This document shows, piece after piece, positions 35,628-45,110 of a stretch of 64,000 bases of DNA. Under the pieces are notes generated by a model, which was not told the DNA's origin, ran no database searches, and saw nothing but the letters and a program-made list of their open reading frames with translations. The translations under genes and the position numbers were made by a program. Each line of letters begins with the position of its first letter. Within the stretch, counting starts at the first letter, position 1. Source of the stretch: Candidatus Multivorans sp. (GTDB lineage: Bacteria; Acidobacteriota; Thermoanaerobaculia; Multivoradales; Multivoraceae); contig OZ251997.1 in NCBI GenBank assembly GCA_965247095.1, positions 4,224,001 through 4,288,000 on the forward strand, read 5' to 3'.

Positions 35628-36883
35628 GCGAGAAGCCCTTCGAGCCGCCGATCGGCAAGCCGACGATGGGCGCTCACGCGATGGGGATCGGCGCCATGGT
35701 CGCCGGCCTCGACTACTTCGCCGGCTATCCGATCACCCCACAGACCGAACTGCTCGAGTACGTAGCGGAGGCCCTGCCCGAGCATGGCGGCGTCTTCCAG
35801 CAACTCGGCGACGAGATCTCGAGCGTCATGGCGGTGTTCGGCGCCGCCGCGTGCGGCAAGCGGGCGATGACCGCCTCGGTCGGCCCGGGACTGACGCTCA
35901 TGATCGACGGCCTGACCAACGCCGCCGGCGCCGAGACGCCGATGGTGCTGGGGGCGCTCACCCGCGCCCATGTCGGCGTCTCGGGCGGTCTCTATCCGGC
36001 GCAGTCGGACATTCGCATGCTGCGGGGTCTTGGCAACGGCGACTACCAGTTGCCGCTCTACGCGCCGTCGACGATCACCGAGACGGTCCAGTTCACCGCC
36101 GAGGCGTTCGACGTCGCCGATCTCTACAGCATCCCGGCGGTGGTCTGCATCGACGGCAAGATGGCGAACATGATCGAGACGCTGCAGCCGTTCGAGGTGC
36201 CGGAGCGCGACCTGCCGGACAAGACCTGGGCGCTCGACCGTTCGCTTAGGGAGAAGCGCCGGGTGGTGGGCGCGGCCCGAACGCCCGAACTCGACACGAT
36301 GGTCTGCTACGAGATCCAGAACAAGCTCGAGCGGATGCGCGCGGAGGAGACGCGCTGGGACACCTTCCTCTGCGACGACGCCGAGTTCGTCGTAGTCGCC
36401 TACGGCATCATGGCGAGGATCGCGAGAGAGGCGGTCAAGCGGGCGCGCGAGGAAGGGATCAAGGTCGGGCTCTTCCGGCCGATCACCCTCTTCCCGTTCC
36501 CGGAGGCGCCGCTCGGCGACCTCGCCGCCAGCGCCCGGGAGATGCTGATGGTCGAGATCAACTTCGGCCAGGTCCTCACCGACGTGCGCCTGGCGGTCGC
36601 CGGTCGGTGCCCTGTCCAGTTCCTGGGACAGCCGGCCCTGGCGATCCCGGCCGGGGCCGTGCTCGAAGCCATCCGGCAGATGGCAGCCGGGCAGCCGGTC
36701 GAGCCGCGGGACTTCTTCGACATCCATCCCACCGCCTTCCACCTCGCCGACACCCATCCCCCGGCGAGAAGGCAGATGCTCGACCAACTCGCCGCCAAAC
36801 GGGGGCGCGACAGCGCCCAGGGGATGCTCGACAACCTGCTGGGCATCCGCAAGAACTCGGTGATCCCGGAGATTGGAAAGTGA
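35624..36883 (+). CDS. 2-oxoacid:ferredoxin oxidoreductase alpha subunit (Vor/Kor-like)
   Basis: FAGYPITPQTE, RAMTASVGPG, GLFRPITLFPFP, VEINFGQ. Confidence 0.92.
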   Translation: MSEKPFEPPIGKPTMGAHAMGIGAMVAGLDYFAGYPITPQTELLEYVAEALPEHGGVFQQLGDEISSVMAVFGAAACGKRAMTASVGPGLTLMIDGLTNAAGAETPMVLGALTRAHVGVSGGLYPAQSDIRMLRGLGNGDYQLPLYAPSTITETVQFTAEAFDVADLYSIPAVVCIDGKMANMIETLQPFEVPERDLPDKTWALDRSLREKRRVVGAARTPELDTMVCYEIQNKLERMRAEETRWDTFLCDDAEFVVVAYGIMARIAREAVKRAREEGIKVGLFRPITLFPFPEAPLGDLAASAREMLMVEINFGQVLTDVRLAVAGRCPVQFLGQPALAIPAGAVLEAIRQMAAGQPVEPRDFFDIHPTAFHLADTHPPARRQMLDQLAAKRGRDSAQGMLDNLLGIRKNSVIPEIGK

Positions 36884-37716
36884 CTGAACCAGCCGCACGG
36901 TCGACGAAGCGCTACACGCCGCCCGAGGGCGCTGCCGCGCGCAAGATCTCGCCCCAGCTCGATGTCCATACCGGGCTGCCGTCGTCCTGGTGTCCGGGGT
37001 GCGGGCACGGGTCGGTCAGCCAGATCCTGTGCGATCTGGTGACCGAGCTCGATCTGGCCGAGAGGACGATCCTGGCCCTGGGCGTCGGCTGCGGCTCGGC
37101 GATCGCGGCGCAGATGGAGGTGAACACGGTGCTCTCGCCGCACGGCCGCGCCAGCGACACCGCCACCGGCGTCTCGCGCATGGTCCCCGACCGCGTCGTC
37201 GTCCAGTACTCGGGCGACGGCGACTCCTGCGGCATCGGGCTGGCGGGCCTGATGCACGCCTGCAACCGGCGCGAGAACTTCATCGTCGTCATCTACAACA
37301 ACAACGCCTATGGCATGACCGGCGGCCAGATGGGCCCGACCACCACCAAGGACGTGCCGACGACCAACTTCCAGGGCGGCCGCGACGAGGAGGTCATGGG
37401 CTATCCCATGGACATCATCAAGACCCTGGCGCACTTTCCCGGCGTGGTCTATGCGGGGCGTTGCGCTCTGACCTCGGGTGTCCGCTACGGGGAGGCGAGC
37501 CGGATGATCCGGCGGGCCTTCGAAATTCACCTCGCCGGCATCAAGGGGATGAAGGTCATCGACTGCCTCGGCAACTGCAACGTGAACTGGAAGGGCGGCG
37601 GCGTGACCTTCACGCCGGAGAGCTCGAACCAGTTCATCGAAGACAAGATCATGAAGTACTTCGAGATGGGCGAGGCGACGGTGCCTGAGGGCTACCCGCC
37701 GATCCGCGTGCGATGA
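36880..37716 (+). CDS. 2-oxoacid:ferredoxin oxidoreductase beta subunit (TPP-binding)
   Basis: WCPGCGHG, GVGC, HGRA, GDGD...NNNAYGMTGGQMGPTT; GTG start overlapping the alpha stop. Confidence 0.92.
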   Translation: MTEPAARSTKRYTPPEGAAARKISPQLDVHTGLPSSWCPGCGHGSVSQILCDLVTELDLAERTILALGVGCGSAIAAQMEVNTVLSPHGRASDTATGVSRMVPDRVVVQYSGDGDSCGIGLAGLMHACNRRENFIVVIYNNNAYGMTGGQMGPTTTKDVPTTNFQGGRDEEVMGYPMDIIKTLAHFPGVVYAGRCALTSGVRYGEASRMIRRAFEIHLAGIKGMKVIDCLGNCNVNWKGGGVTFTPESSNQFIEDKIMKYFEMGEATVPEGYPPIRVR

Positions 37717-38369
37717 CGGCGGGCGCGAACCCGGGTGGCGCGATCTCGCGCCACCCGCGAACCACTCCGTGTGCCCGTCATCGGGCGCACGGATGGAACC
37801 CGGGCAGGCCTGTGGTCGAGCGCGTCGGCGGCGCCGGCACCGGCGGCGCCGGTCTGCTGACCTGCCTCAAGACGCTCGGCTACGCGGCCGCCGCCAAGGG
37901 CTGGCACATGGCCTACACCTCCGACTACAACCCGGAGACCCGCGGCGGCCTGGTGGAGGGCACGGTCGTCCTGTCGAGCGACGAGCCGATCGACAACCCG
38001 GTGATCGAGTCGTACACCGCGGTGCTGGCGTTCGATCACGCCGGCTACCTGTCCTACGGCCCGGGCGTCGAGCCCGGCGGGCTCATCCTGTGGGACAGTT
38101 CGAGGGTCAGGAATCCGCCACCCCTGGTGGGCGTCCGGTCGTACGGCGTGCCGGTGTTCCAGTTGGCGCGCGACGGCGGCGCCCCGGGCCTCGCGAACAT
38201 GGGCATGCTGGGCCTCTACAACCGGATCGCCGGTCACTTCACCATCGACGAACTGCTCGCCGGCATGGAGGACTACCTGCCGGTCTGGCGTCACAAGCTG
38301 CTGCCGGGCAATCGGGCGGTGCTCGAAGCGGTGTCCCGGATCGATCCCGAGGAGTACCGGGTTGCCTGA
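37713..38369 (+). CDS. 2-oxoacid:ferredoxin oxidoreductase gamma subunit
   Basis: GAGTGGAGLL, YNPETRGG, SSDEPIDNP, ANMGMLG; N-terminus carries a family B element. Confidence 0.88.
   Translation: MTAGANPGGAISRHPRTTPCARHRAHGWNPGRPVVERVGGAGTGGAGLLTCLKTLGYAAAAKGWHMAYTSDYNPETRGGLVEGTVVLSSDEPIDNPVIESYTAVLAFDHAGYLSYGPGVEPGGLILWDSSRVRNPPPLVGVRSYGVPVFQLARDGGAPGLANMGMLGLYNRIAGHFTIDELLAGMEDYLPVWRHKLLPGNRAVLEAVSRIDPEEYRVA
37727..37804 (+). repeat. Family B double-hairpin element, copy 3, in frame, bounded by direct gaacccggg
   Basis: gaacccggg at 37727-37735 and 37796-37804 (69 bp apart, 23 codons). Confidence 0.9.
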
Positions 38370-38378
38370 GGAGCTCTC

Positions 38379-39866
38379 ATGATCAGACGATCTCTCTTCG
38401 TGGCAGTGGCGTTGGGCGCCGTGCTTGGCTGCGGCCAGGATCCGGCCGGCGAAGCGGTGGACGGCGAGGCGCAGCGGCCGCCCAACGTCGTGTTCATCCT
38501 GGCCGACGATCTCGGCTACGGCGATCTCGGGCTCTACGGCAGCGACATCATCGAGACGCCGCACATCGACGCGCTCGCCGCCGCCGGCGTGCGGTTCGAC
38601 GCCGGCTACGTGACCGCCGCGGTCTGCAGCCCGTCCCGGGCCGGTCTGATGACCGGCCGCTACCCGCAGCGTCACGGCTACGAGTTCAACCCGTCGGGCC
38701 AGGACTACGGATTGAGCCTCGACGAGACGACGCTGGCCGAAGTGCTCCGAGCCGCGGGCTACGCGACCGGCGCCGTGGGCAAGTGGCAGCTCGGCTGGGG
38801 CGACGGCAAACACCCGCTCGACCGCGGCTTCGACGAGTTCTTCGGCATGCAGAGCGGGTCGATCTACATCGAACCGTCTACCGAAGGAGTCGAGAACTGG
38901 AGTCCGCTGCCGCTGCCCGAGGTGCGGCGGCGGCCGATCTTCCGCGGGCGTGAAGTCGTCGAGGAGACCGAGTACCTGACCGAGGTCTTGACCCGCGAGG
39001 CCCTCGACTTCATCGACCGGCACCACGACCGGCCGTTCTTCCTCTACCTGGCGCACTACACGCCCCACGTTCCTCTCCAGGCGACGGCGAAGTACCTCGA
39101 CCGCTACCGCCACATCGAGGACCAGAAGACCCGCATCTTCGCGGCGATGGTCGCGGCCCTCGACGACAGCGTCGGCGAGGTCAGGGCCCGGCTGCGGGAG
39201 CACGGCGTCGAGGACGACACCCTGATCGTCTTCCTCTCCGACAACGGTTGCGCCTTCTACCTCCAGGGCGGATGCACCAACGGTCCGCTCAGCGGCGGCA
39301 AGCGCTGGTTCTTCGAAGGCGGCATCCGGGTGCCCTTCCTGCTGAACTGGCCGGGAAAGGTGGAACCGGGCCAGGTCTACCGGCCGGCGGTGTCGTCACT
39401 CGATCTGCTGCCCACGCTGGCGGCGGCGGCCGGCGCTTCGCTGCCCGAGAAGCCGCTCGACGGCGTCGATCTCCTTCCTTACCTTCGCGGCGAGGTCGAC
39501 GGCGTTCCCCACGAGTACCTGTTCTGGCGGGCCGGTCCGAACCGCGCCGTCCGCCGCGGCGACTGGAAGCTCTGGCAGGTCAACCGCGCCTCGGAGGAAC
39601 AGGTCGCTTCGCTCCCGCTGCTTGGCGCCCTGTTCCCGGACTGGGAAGCGCCCCACGGGTCGCCGCTCGGCCAGTTGAACCGGCTGCACGACCTGGAGAA
39701 CGACCTCGGCGAGCGGATTCCCGTCGCCGACGACGAGCAGGCGGTGCTCGAAGAGCTCAGGCGCGCCCTCGATGCCTGGGAGAGCGAACTCGTCGAGCCG
39801 CGGTGGTGGAGCAACCGGGGCACCGCCGGCATGGTCGACGACGAAGCGATCGAACTCATCTTCTGA
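38379..39866 (+). CDS. Sulfatase (Cys-type, lipoprotein)
   Basis: PNVVFILADDLGYGD, CSPSRAGLMTGRYP, GKWQLG, SDNG, EGGIRVP. Confidence 0.95.
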   Translation: MIRRSLFVAVALGAVLGCGQDPAGEAVDGEAQRPPNVVFILADDLGYGDLGLYGSDIIETPHIDALAAAGVRFDAGYVTAAVCSPSRAGLMTGRYPQRHGYEFNPSGQDYGLSLDETTLAEVLRAAGYATGAVGKWQLGWGDGKHPLDRGFDEFFGMQSGSIYIEPSTEGVENWSPLPLPEVRRRPIFRGREVVEETEYLTEVLTREALDFIDRHHDRPFFLYLAHYTPHVPLQATAKYLDRYRHIEDQKTRIFAAMVAALDDSVGEVRARLREHGVEDDTLIVFLSDNGCAFYLQGGCTNGPLSGGKRWFFEGGIRVPFLLNWPGKVEPGQVYRPAVSSLDLLPTLAAAAGASLPEKPLDGVDLLPYLRGEVDGVPHEYLFWRAGPNRAVRRGDWKLWQVNRASEEQVASLPLLGALFPDWEAPHGSPLGQLNRLHDLENDLGERIPVADDEQAVLEELRRALDAWESELVEPRWWSNRGTAGMVDDEAIELIF

Positions 39867-41295
39867 ACCACCTGGAACGCGCTTGCGAGGTCCCTCGCGG
39901 CAGCGGCGGCAAGGAGAGACCTTCGGCCTCGCGAGTTGAGTCCGGTCGCCGCCGCTCCGCGACCTCCGCCGCGCGTTCGAGGTCGATCCGCTCAATGTCG
40001 TTCCACGGCACGTACTCCGCACCCTCGCCGCCGCCGGTGAAGATCAGCATGCCGGCGTTCGCCGCGCCGAGATCTCCGGCGCACTCCAGTTGCAGGATCT
40101 CGCCGTTGTGGAGCGTTACTCCGGCGCGTCGTCCGGCGGCGCACGCCTCACGGTCGAGAGGCGCAATCGAGGCGACCAGACCGAAGGGGATCGTGTAGTC
40201 GACGCCGCGGGCCGGGGCGTCGAGCGTCTCGGTCGTTTCGCTCTCGTCGAGGTCGTAGACGAGCCGACCGGTGAGACGGCGGCCGGTGCGGGTGGTGACG
40301 CTGCCCACAAGCGGTCGCCCCGGCGGGAAGTCGTCGTAGGCCGGGCCGCTGCCGCCGGGGTTGAAGTCGAGGTGCTCGAAAGCGTTCCACGAGACCAGCA
40401 CCCGGCCGTAGCGCCGGTCGTCGACGTAGATCCCGCGATTGCCGCGGCCGACCTCGCGGGTACCGGAGAGCACGAGCTCGCGGCCGTCGAGCAACGTGAC
40501 CAGGGAGCTGTCGTCCGACTCGCGCGCGATGGTGCGGATGGCGTCGAACCGCAGGCTGAGTTCACCGTCGGCGGTGCGGCCCTTGAGCTCATCGGCGCCG
40601 ACGCACTTCTCCCGGTCCCACTGGAGGAAGCCGGTGAAGTCGCCCTGGGGCGTGCGCACCGTACCGTGCAGCCGGTCGGGGGCGGCTGTCAGCCCGGCGG
40701 TGGGGAGAAACTCGATGGCGCGTGTGAGGCGTTCGCCGAGGTCCACGACGCCGTGCCTGCCGTTCCACACCCGCACGCCGTCCGCCAGGTCGTCGGCTGC
40801 GAAGCGGTCGAGGATGAACTCGGTCCCGCTCTTGAGCGTCACCAGGATGTCGCGGCCGCGTGGCTCGATGCGCTTAATGTCGCCGAAGCGGGCCATGAAT
40901 GGCCGACCGAGAGGAATCGGACGCTCCCGCTGGGCGATCTCGACGCCGAAGATCTTGATCGGGCGGCTCTGCTTCAGCCGCTCGGGAGGCGCGTCGGCGG
41001 CCCAGGGGTTCTCTTTCTTGAAGCCGTTGAAGTAGTCGCCCCAGAATGCCTCTTCGTCGCCCCCCCAGCGCAGCCGCCCTTCGTACGTGGCGGCGTCATG
41101 GGTTGTGATGCGGCCGTAGATGAAGCCTTGGTGGGCCTCGGACCCCTCCGCGTCGGTCAGTTGGCTGATCGCGGGCGAGATCGCCGCGTCCGGCTCGCCG
41201 TTCTGCCTGGACAGCAGGCGGCCGAAGGTGAGGGCGAGAGCGAGGGAGAGGAGGACGAGCACCGCGGCGGCCCCAGCGATCGTGGCTCTCGTCAT
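39856..41295 (-). CDS. Hypothetical exported protein with internally repeated beta-rich units
   Basis: N-terminal TM; repeats of G(R/T/S)(I/V)xTxxGxxxxGx(L)xW/YDxxE. Confidence 0.75.
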   Translation of the reverse strand: MTRATIAGAAAVLVLLSLALALTFGRLLSRQNGEPDAAISPAISQLTDAEGSEAHQGFIYGRITTHDAATYEGRLRWGGDEEAFWGDYFNGFKKENPWAADAPPERLKQSRPIKIFGVEIAQRERPIPLGRPFMARFGDIKRIEPRGRDILVTLKSGTEFILDRFAADDLADGVRVWNGRHGVVDLGERLTRAIEFLPTAGLTAAPDRLHGTVRTPQGDFTGFLQWDREKCVGADELKGRTADGELSLRFDAIRTIARESDDSSLVTLLDGRELVLSGTREVGRGNRGIYVDDRRYGRVLVSWNAFEHLDFNPGGSGPAYDDFPPGRPLVGSVTTRTGRRLTGRLVYDLDESETTETLDAPARGVDYTIPFGLVASIAPLDREACAAGRRAGVTLHNGEILQLECAGDLGAANAGMLIFTGGGEGAEYVPWNDIERIDLERAAEVAERRRPDSTREAEGLSLPPLPRGTSQARSRWFRR

Positions 41296-41364
41296 GGCCG
41301 GTACATTCTGTCCGAACCTGGGGCGGCCACCGCCTAGGCCGGCAAACTAAACTTGGAATCGCGC

Positions 41365-42432
41365 ATGAACCTCGACCAGGCCAATGCCCTCCGCTGGACT
41401 GCCGCCGTCCGCGGCTACTACGAGGTCTACTACCTGACCCTCAACGACCTGGCGAGCGAGACGGGCTGCTGGATCCGGTACGTGGTCCAGGCGCCCGAGC
41501 AGGCGGAGCGCAGCCCCGGTTTGGAGATCTGGTTCAGCTTCTTCGACCGCAGGAAACCCACGCGCACTTTCGGCGTGTTCGAGCACCGTCCCCTCGCGAC
41601 GCTCCAGTCCCGGACCGCCCCCTTTCGTCTCGGCTTCGGCGGCGGTCCGGTCGACGGAGGTCGCTTCGACGCTGCGGAACTACGCAACGGGCTGTCGCGG
41701 GGAGCGATCGGTTCGGGCGACCGGCGAGTCCGATGGGATCTGGAGTGGCCGGCGGAGTCCGAACTCATCCTGCCCTTTCCCGAAGAGCTCTACAGCTCGG
41801 GCGACGTGCCCGCAGCGATGCTCTACGCGTATCCGGCGACGAAGTTCGCCGGGACGATCGAGATCGGGGACCGCCGGCTCCTGATCGAGGGCGCGCCGGG
41901 CGAGCAGAGCCACATCTGGGGCCGGAAACACCCGCCCCACTGGCTCTGGGCCCACTGCAACCGGTTCGCCGACGATCCGGCAGGCTACCTGGAGGTTTCC
42001 TGCATCCCGGCGTCCGCGGACGGACCGCCTCCCGTCCACATGATGATCGCCCGCATCCATGGCCGCGAAGTGCGGCTGATCTCGCCGCTGGACGGTTCCG
42101 CTGCAACCAGCGATTCGACTCCGGGCCGGTGGCGCTTTTCGGCCGAATCGGAGCGCGAACGGCTCGAGCTGGAGGTGACCTGTCCTCTGGAGCTGATCCT
42201 CGAGGCGCCGTACACCGACCCGGACGGGTCGAGCTGCTTCTGTCTCCACAGCGATCTGGCGAGCTGCCGGCTACGCCTCTTCGAGCGTTGCGGCGGGGAG
42301 GACTCCGGCTCGCAACCGGAGTGGGAGAATGTCGGAGAGATCACCAGTGACGGCTGTTGCCATGTGGAGTGGGGGGACTGGCATGAGCATCTCGAGATCG
42401 ACGGACGGATCCAGCGCGTCGGGCCAGCCTGA
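41365..42432 (+). CDS. Tocopherol-cyclase-like hypothetical protein
   Basis: GYYEVYYL, WIRY, WDLEW, GEQSHIWGRKHPPHWLWAHCN, YTDPDG. Confidence 0.6.
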   Translation: MNLDQANALRWTAAVRGYYEVYYLTLNDLASETGCWIRYVVQAPEQAERSPGLEIWFSFFDRRKPTRTFGVFEHRPLATLQSRTAPFRLGFGGGPVDGGRFDAAELRNGLSRGAIGSGDRRVRWDLEWPAESELILPFPEELYSSGDVPAAMLYAYPATKFAGTIEIGDRRLLIEGAPGEQSHIWGRKHPPHWLWAHCNRFADDPAGYLEVSCIPASADGPPPVHMMIARIHGREVRLISPLDGSAATSDSTPGRWRFSAESERERLELEVTCPLELILEAPYTDPDGSSCFCLHSDLASCRLRLFERCGGEDSGSQPEWENVGEITSDGCCHVEWGDWHEHLEIDGRIQRVGPA

Positions 42433-43936
42433 GCGAGCGCTGACTTCCAGACTCGGCGGCTGGCCTCTGGCGCTCGGCGCCCTGCTGGGGTCGCTCGCGC
42501 TCCTGGCCGGCTGCGCTCCCGCCGGTACGGACGCCGTCGACCCGGCGGCTTCCGGCGGGCCGCTCACGGTGGCCGAGACACCCTCTTCTGCACAAACCGC
42601 GGGCGGCGAGTTCATCTCCTGGCGTGAGCACCGCATCGACGACGAGGAACTCTCCGGCGGCGTCCCGCTGCGCGGCGCCGACGGCCTGAAGATGGCCGAC
42701 CTCGACGGCGATGGACACCTGGACATCGTCTCCGTCCATGAGGACAGCGACCACGTTCGGCTCCACTTCGGGAGCGACGATCCCGACCGCTGGGCCAGCG
42801 TCACGCTGGCCGGGGGCAAGGAGGCGGCCGCGGCCGAGGACATCGCGATCGGCGACGTGAACAACGACGGTCTGCTGGACGTGCTGGTGGCGTGCGAGCT
42901 TGACCACCTGACCTACTTCCAGAACCCGGGAACGGGAGTTCGGGACGGTCGCTGGCCGCGTCTGATCCCGTCGGTGACGGCGGGGCGGGGCTCCTGGATC
43001 CGGGTCTTTCTGGCGGATCTCGACCAGGACGGTCGGCTCGAGGCCATCGCGCCGAACAAGGGAGCGCAACAGCCGGAGGGCGAGCCGGTGCCCGACACCT
43101 TCCCCCTCGAGGAAGTGTCCCTGTTCAGGATCGACGGCGATCCCCTGGTCGATTCGAGCTGGACGGAGACCGTGCTGGCGACAGTCACCGTGCCGATGAA
43201 CTCGCGGCCGGTCGACCTGGACGGGGACGGCGATCTGGACATCCTCGCGGGCAGCCGCTCGGAAGCGAGGATCTTCTGGCTGGAGAACCTGCTCGAAGCC
43301 GGATCGGGAGAGCTGGCGTTCGAGGAGCATCCGATCGAGATCGCCGGCAGAACCGTGCCGTGGCAGCCGGGGCCGCGGCGCCTCACCGGCATGAACGTCG
43401 AGTTCGCCGACCTGAACCACGACGGCAGGCTCGACCTGGTCCTCCAGGAGACGCCGGTGCTCAACGTCTGGCTCGAGCAGCCGCCGGACCCGACTGTGGA
43501 ACCGTGGACGATTCACGTGATCGGGGACACGGCGCCCGACAATCCGACCGGTCTCGCGCTGTTCGACATCGACGACGACGGCGACCTCGATCTCTGGAGC
43601 GGCGGCTACAGCTCGCGGCCGCGCGACCGCGACGGCGAGGACAAGACTGCCAAGAGCGTCGCCGGCCGCCTGGGCTGGTTCGCCAATCCCGGCGATCCGA
43701 CCGGCGAGTGGACCCGGCACGACGTCTCCCGCCGCGTGCGCGGCATGTTCGACGAGTTCGTCGTCCTCGACATGGACCAGGACGGAGACAGCGATCTGGT
43801 CGCAACCCGCGGCAACAGCGGCCGCTACGACGGCGTCTTCTGGCTCGAACAGGTCCGCACCGCCGAACCCCGGCGCTCCTTCTTCCCGGCCCGCGAGTCC
43901 GAGAGCCGGCACCTGCCGCTGCCGCCGGGCGACTGA
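42383..43936 (+). CDS. FG-GAP/VCBS repeat lipoprotein, paralogue of 30834-32357
   Basis: LAGC lipobox, DLDGDGHLDIVSVHE, WTRHDVSRRVRGMFD, TRGNSGRYDGVFWLEQVRT; start uncertain. Confidence 0.88.
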   Translation: MSISRSTDGSSASGQPERALTSRLGGWPLALGALLGSLALLAGCAPAGTDAVDPAASGGPLTVAETPSSAQTAGGEFISWREHRIDDEELSGGVPLRGADGLKMADLDGDGHLDIVSVHEDSDHVRLHFGSDDPDRWASVTLAGGKEAAAAEDIAIGDVNNDGLLDVLVACELDHLTYFQNPGTGVRDGRWPRLIPSVTAGRGSWIRVFLADLDQDGRLEAIAPNKGAQQPEGEPVPDTFPLEEVSLFRIDGDPLVDSSWTETVLATVTVPMNSRPVDLDGDGDLDILAGSRSEARIFWLENLLEAGSGELAFEEHPIEIAGRTVPWQPGPRRLTGMNVEFADLNHDGRLDLVLQETPVLNVWLEQPPDPTVEPWTIHVIGDTAPDNPTGLALFDIDDDGDLDLWSGGYSSRPRDRDGEDKTAKSVAGRLGWFANPGDPTGEWTRHDVSRRVRGMFDEFVVLDMDQDGDSDLVATRGNSGRYDGVFWLEQVRTAEPRRSFFPARESESRHLPLPPGD

Positions 43937-43958
43937 AGGTCCGTCGCCGCGCCGCGCC

Positions 43959-45110
43959 TCACGCCCGCCCGTCGTAGAACCGTTCACCGAAGCTCTGCAG
44001 CTTGTCCTCGTCGATCACGATGCCCAGGCCGGGGTGCGGCGGCAGGTGGACGTAGCCGTCGCGGTCGACTCCGGTGGGTTCGGCGAGGAGCGCGTCGCGG
44101 CCCTCGAGCGTCCAGCCCGGCGGCTCGTAGGGGAACTCGCACCACTCGCAGTTGGGGCTGGCGGCCATCAGGTGGAGATTGGCGAGCAGGGCGAAGCCGT
44201 TGTTCCAGGTGTGGGCGGCGAATGCGAGGCCGTGGGTCTCGGCGAGAGCCGCCACCTTGCGGCAGCCCGCGATACCGCCGAAGAACATGGCGTCGGCCTG
44301 GAGGACGTCGAGACACTGCTTCTCGACCAGCAGTCCGTACTCGTTGAACCGCCAGTTCAGCTCGCCGCCGGCTAGGGGAATCGAGGTCCGCTGACGGAGT
44401 TCGGCCAGTGCCGCATAGTCGTTGCGGTCGAGCGGTTCCTCCAGCCAGGTCATGTCGCAGGGCTCGATGGCCTGGGCGAAGGCGGCGGCCGTGTCGGTGT
44501 CCCACTTCGGCGGTGCTCCCGGCCGGAGGGAGAAGTGGAAACCCTGGTTCGCGTCGACCATGAGCTTGAGGTCGGCGCCGACCGCGTCCCGCGCTCTCTC
44601 GATCACGGCCACGTCGTCGTGCCAGTCGTGGTGGTGGGCGCGAAGCTTGACGCCCTGGAAGCCCGTCTCCTTCAGTCGGAGCAGATTCTCGGCGCGCTCG
44701 TCCGGAGGGCGGAGTTCGGAAGTCGATGCGTAGGCCTTGATCCGGGTCCGGGTTCCGCCCAGCAACCGGTAGACCGGTTCGCCCTCCACTTTGCCGGCGA
44801 TGTCCCACAGCGCCGGCTCGAGCCAGGCCAGGCGGATGCCGAGCGCCTCCCCGGCGTCGAGCACGCTGCCGAAGCCCTCGATGTCTAGCGGGTCGCGGCC
44901 GAGGATGAAATGGCCCAGAGCGTCGCCGAGGCCGGCGTGAAACCGGCTCACGGTCATTCCCGCCGACTCGCCGACGACACCTTCGTCGGTCGTCATGCGG
45001 ACGAAGGTCAGCTCGTTGTGCGTCTGTCCGACGCCGGGCTGCGCGGCAACGTGGAGAGGCGCCGGCAGGGGCGACGCGACGTGGTACAGCTCGAGCCGGT
45101 CGATCCTCAA
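43959..45110 (-). CDS. Mandelate racemase/muconate lactonizing enzyme family (enolase superfamily)
   Basis: ALWDIAGK, KAYAS, GVKLR, MVDANQ, WLEEP, AGGE. Confidence 0.92.
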   Translation of the reverse strand: MRIDRLELYHVASPLPAPLHVAAQPGVGQTHNELTFVRMTTDEGVVGESAGMTVSRFHAGLGDALGHFILGRDPLDIEGFGSVLDAGEALGIRLAWLEPALWDIAGKVEGEPVYRLLGGTRTRIKAYASTSELRPPDERAENLLRLKETGFQGVKLRAHHHDWHDDVAVIERARDAVGADLKLMVDANQGFHFSLRPGAPPKWDTDTAAAFAQAIEPCDMTWLEEPLDRNDYAALAELRQRTSIPLAGGELNWRFNEYGLLVEKQCLDVLQADAMFFGGIAGCRKVAALAETHGLAFAAHTWNNGFALLANLHLMAASPNCEWCEFPYEPPGWTLEGRDALLAEPTGVDRDGYVHLPPHPGLGIVIDEDKLQSFGERFYDGRA

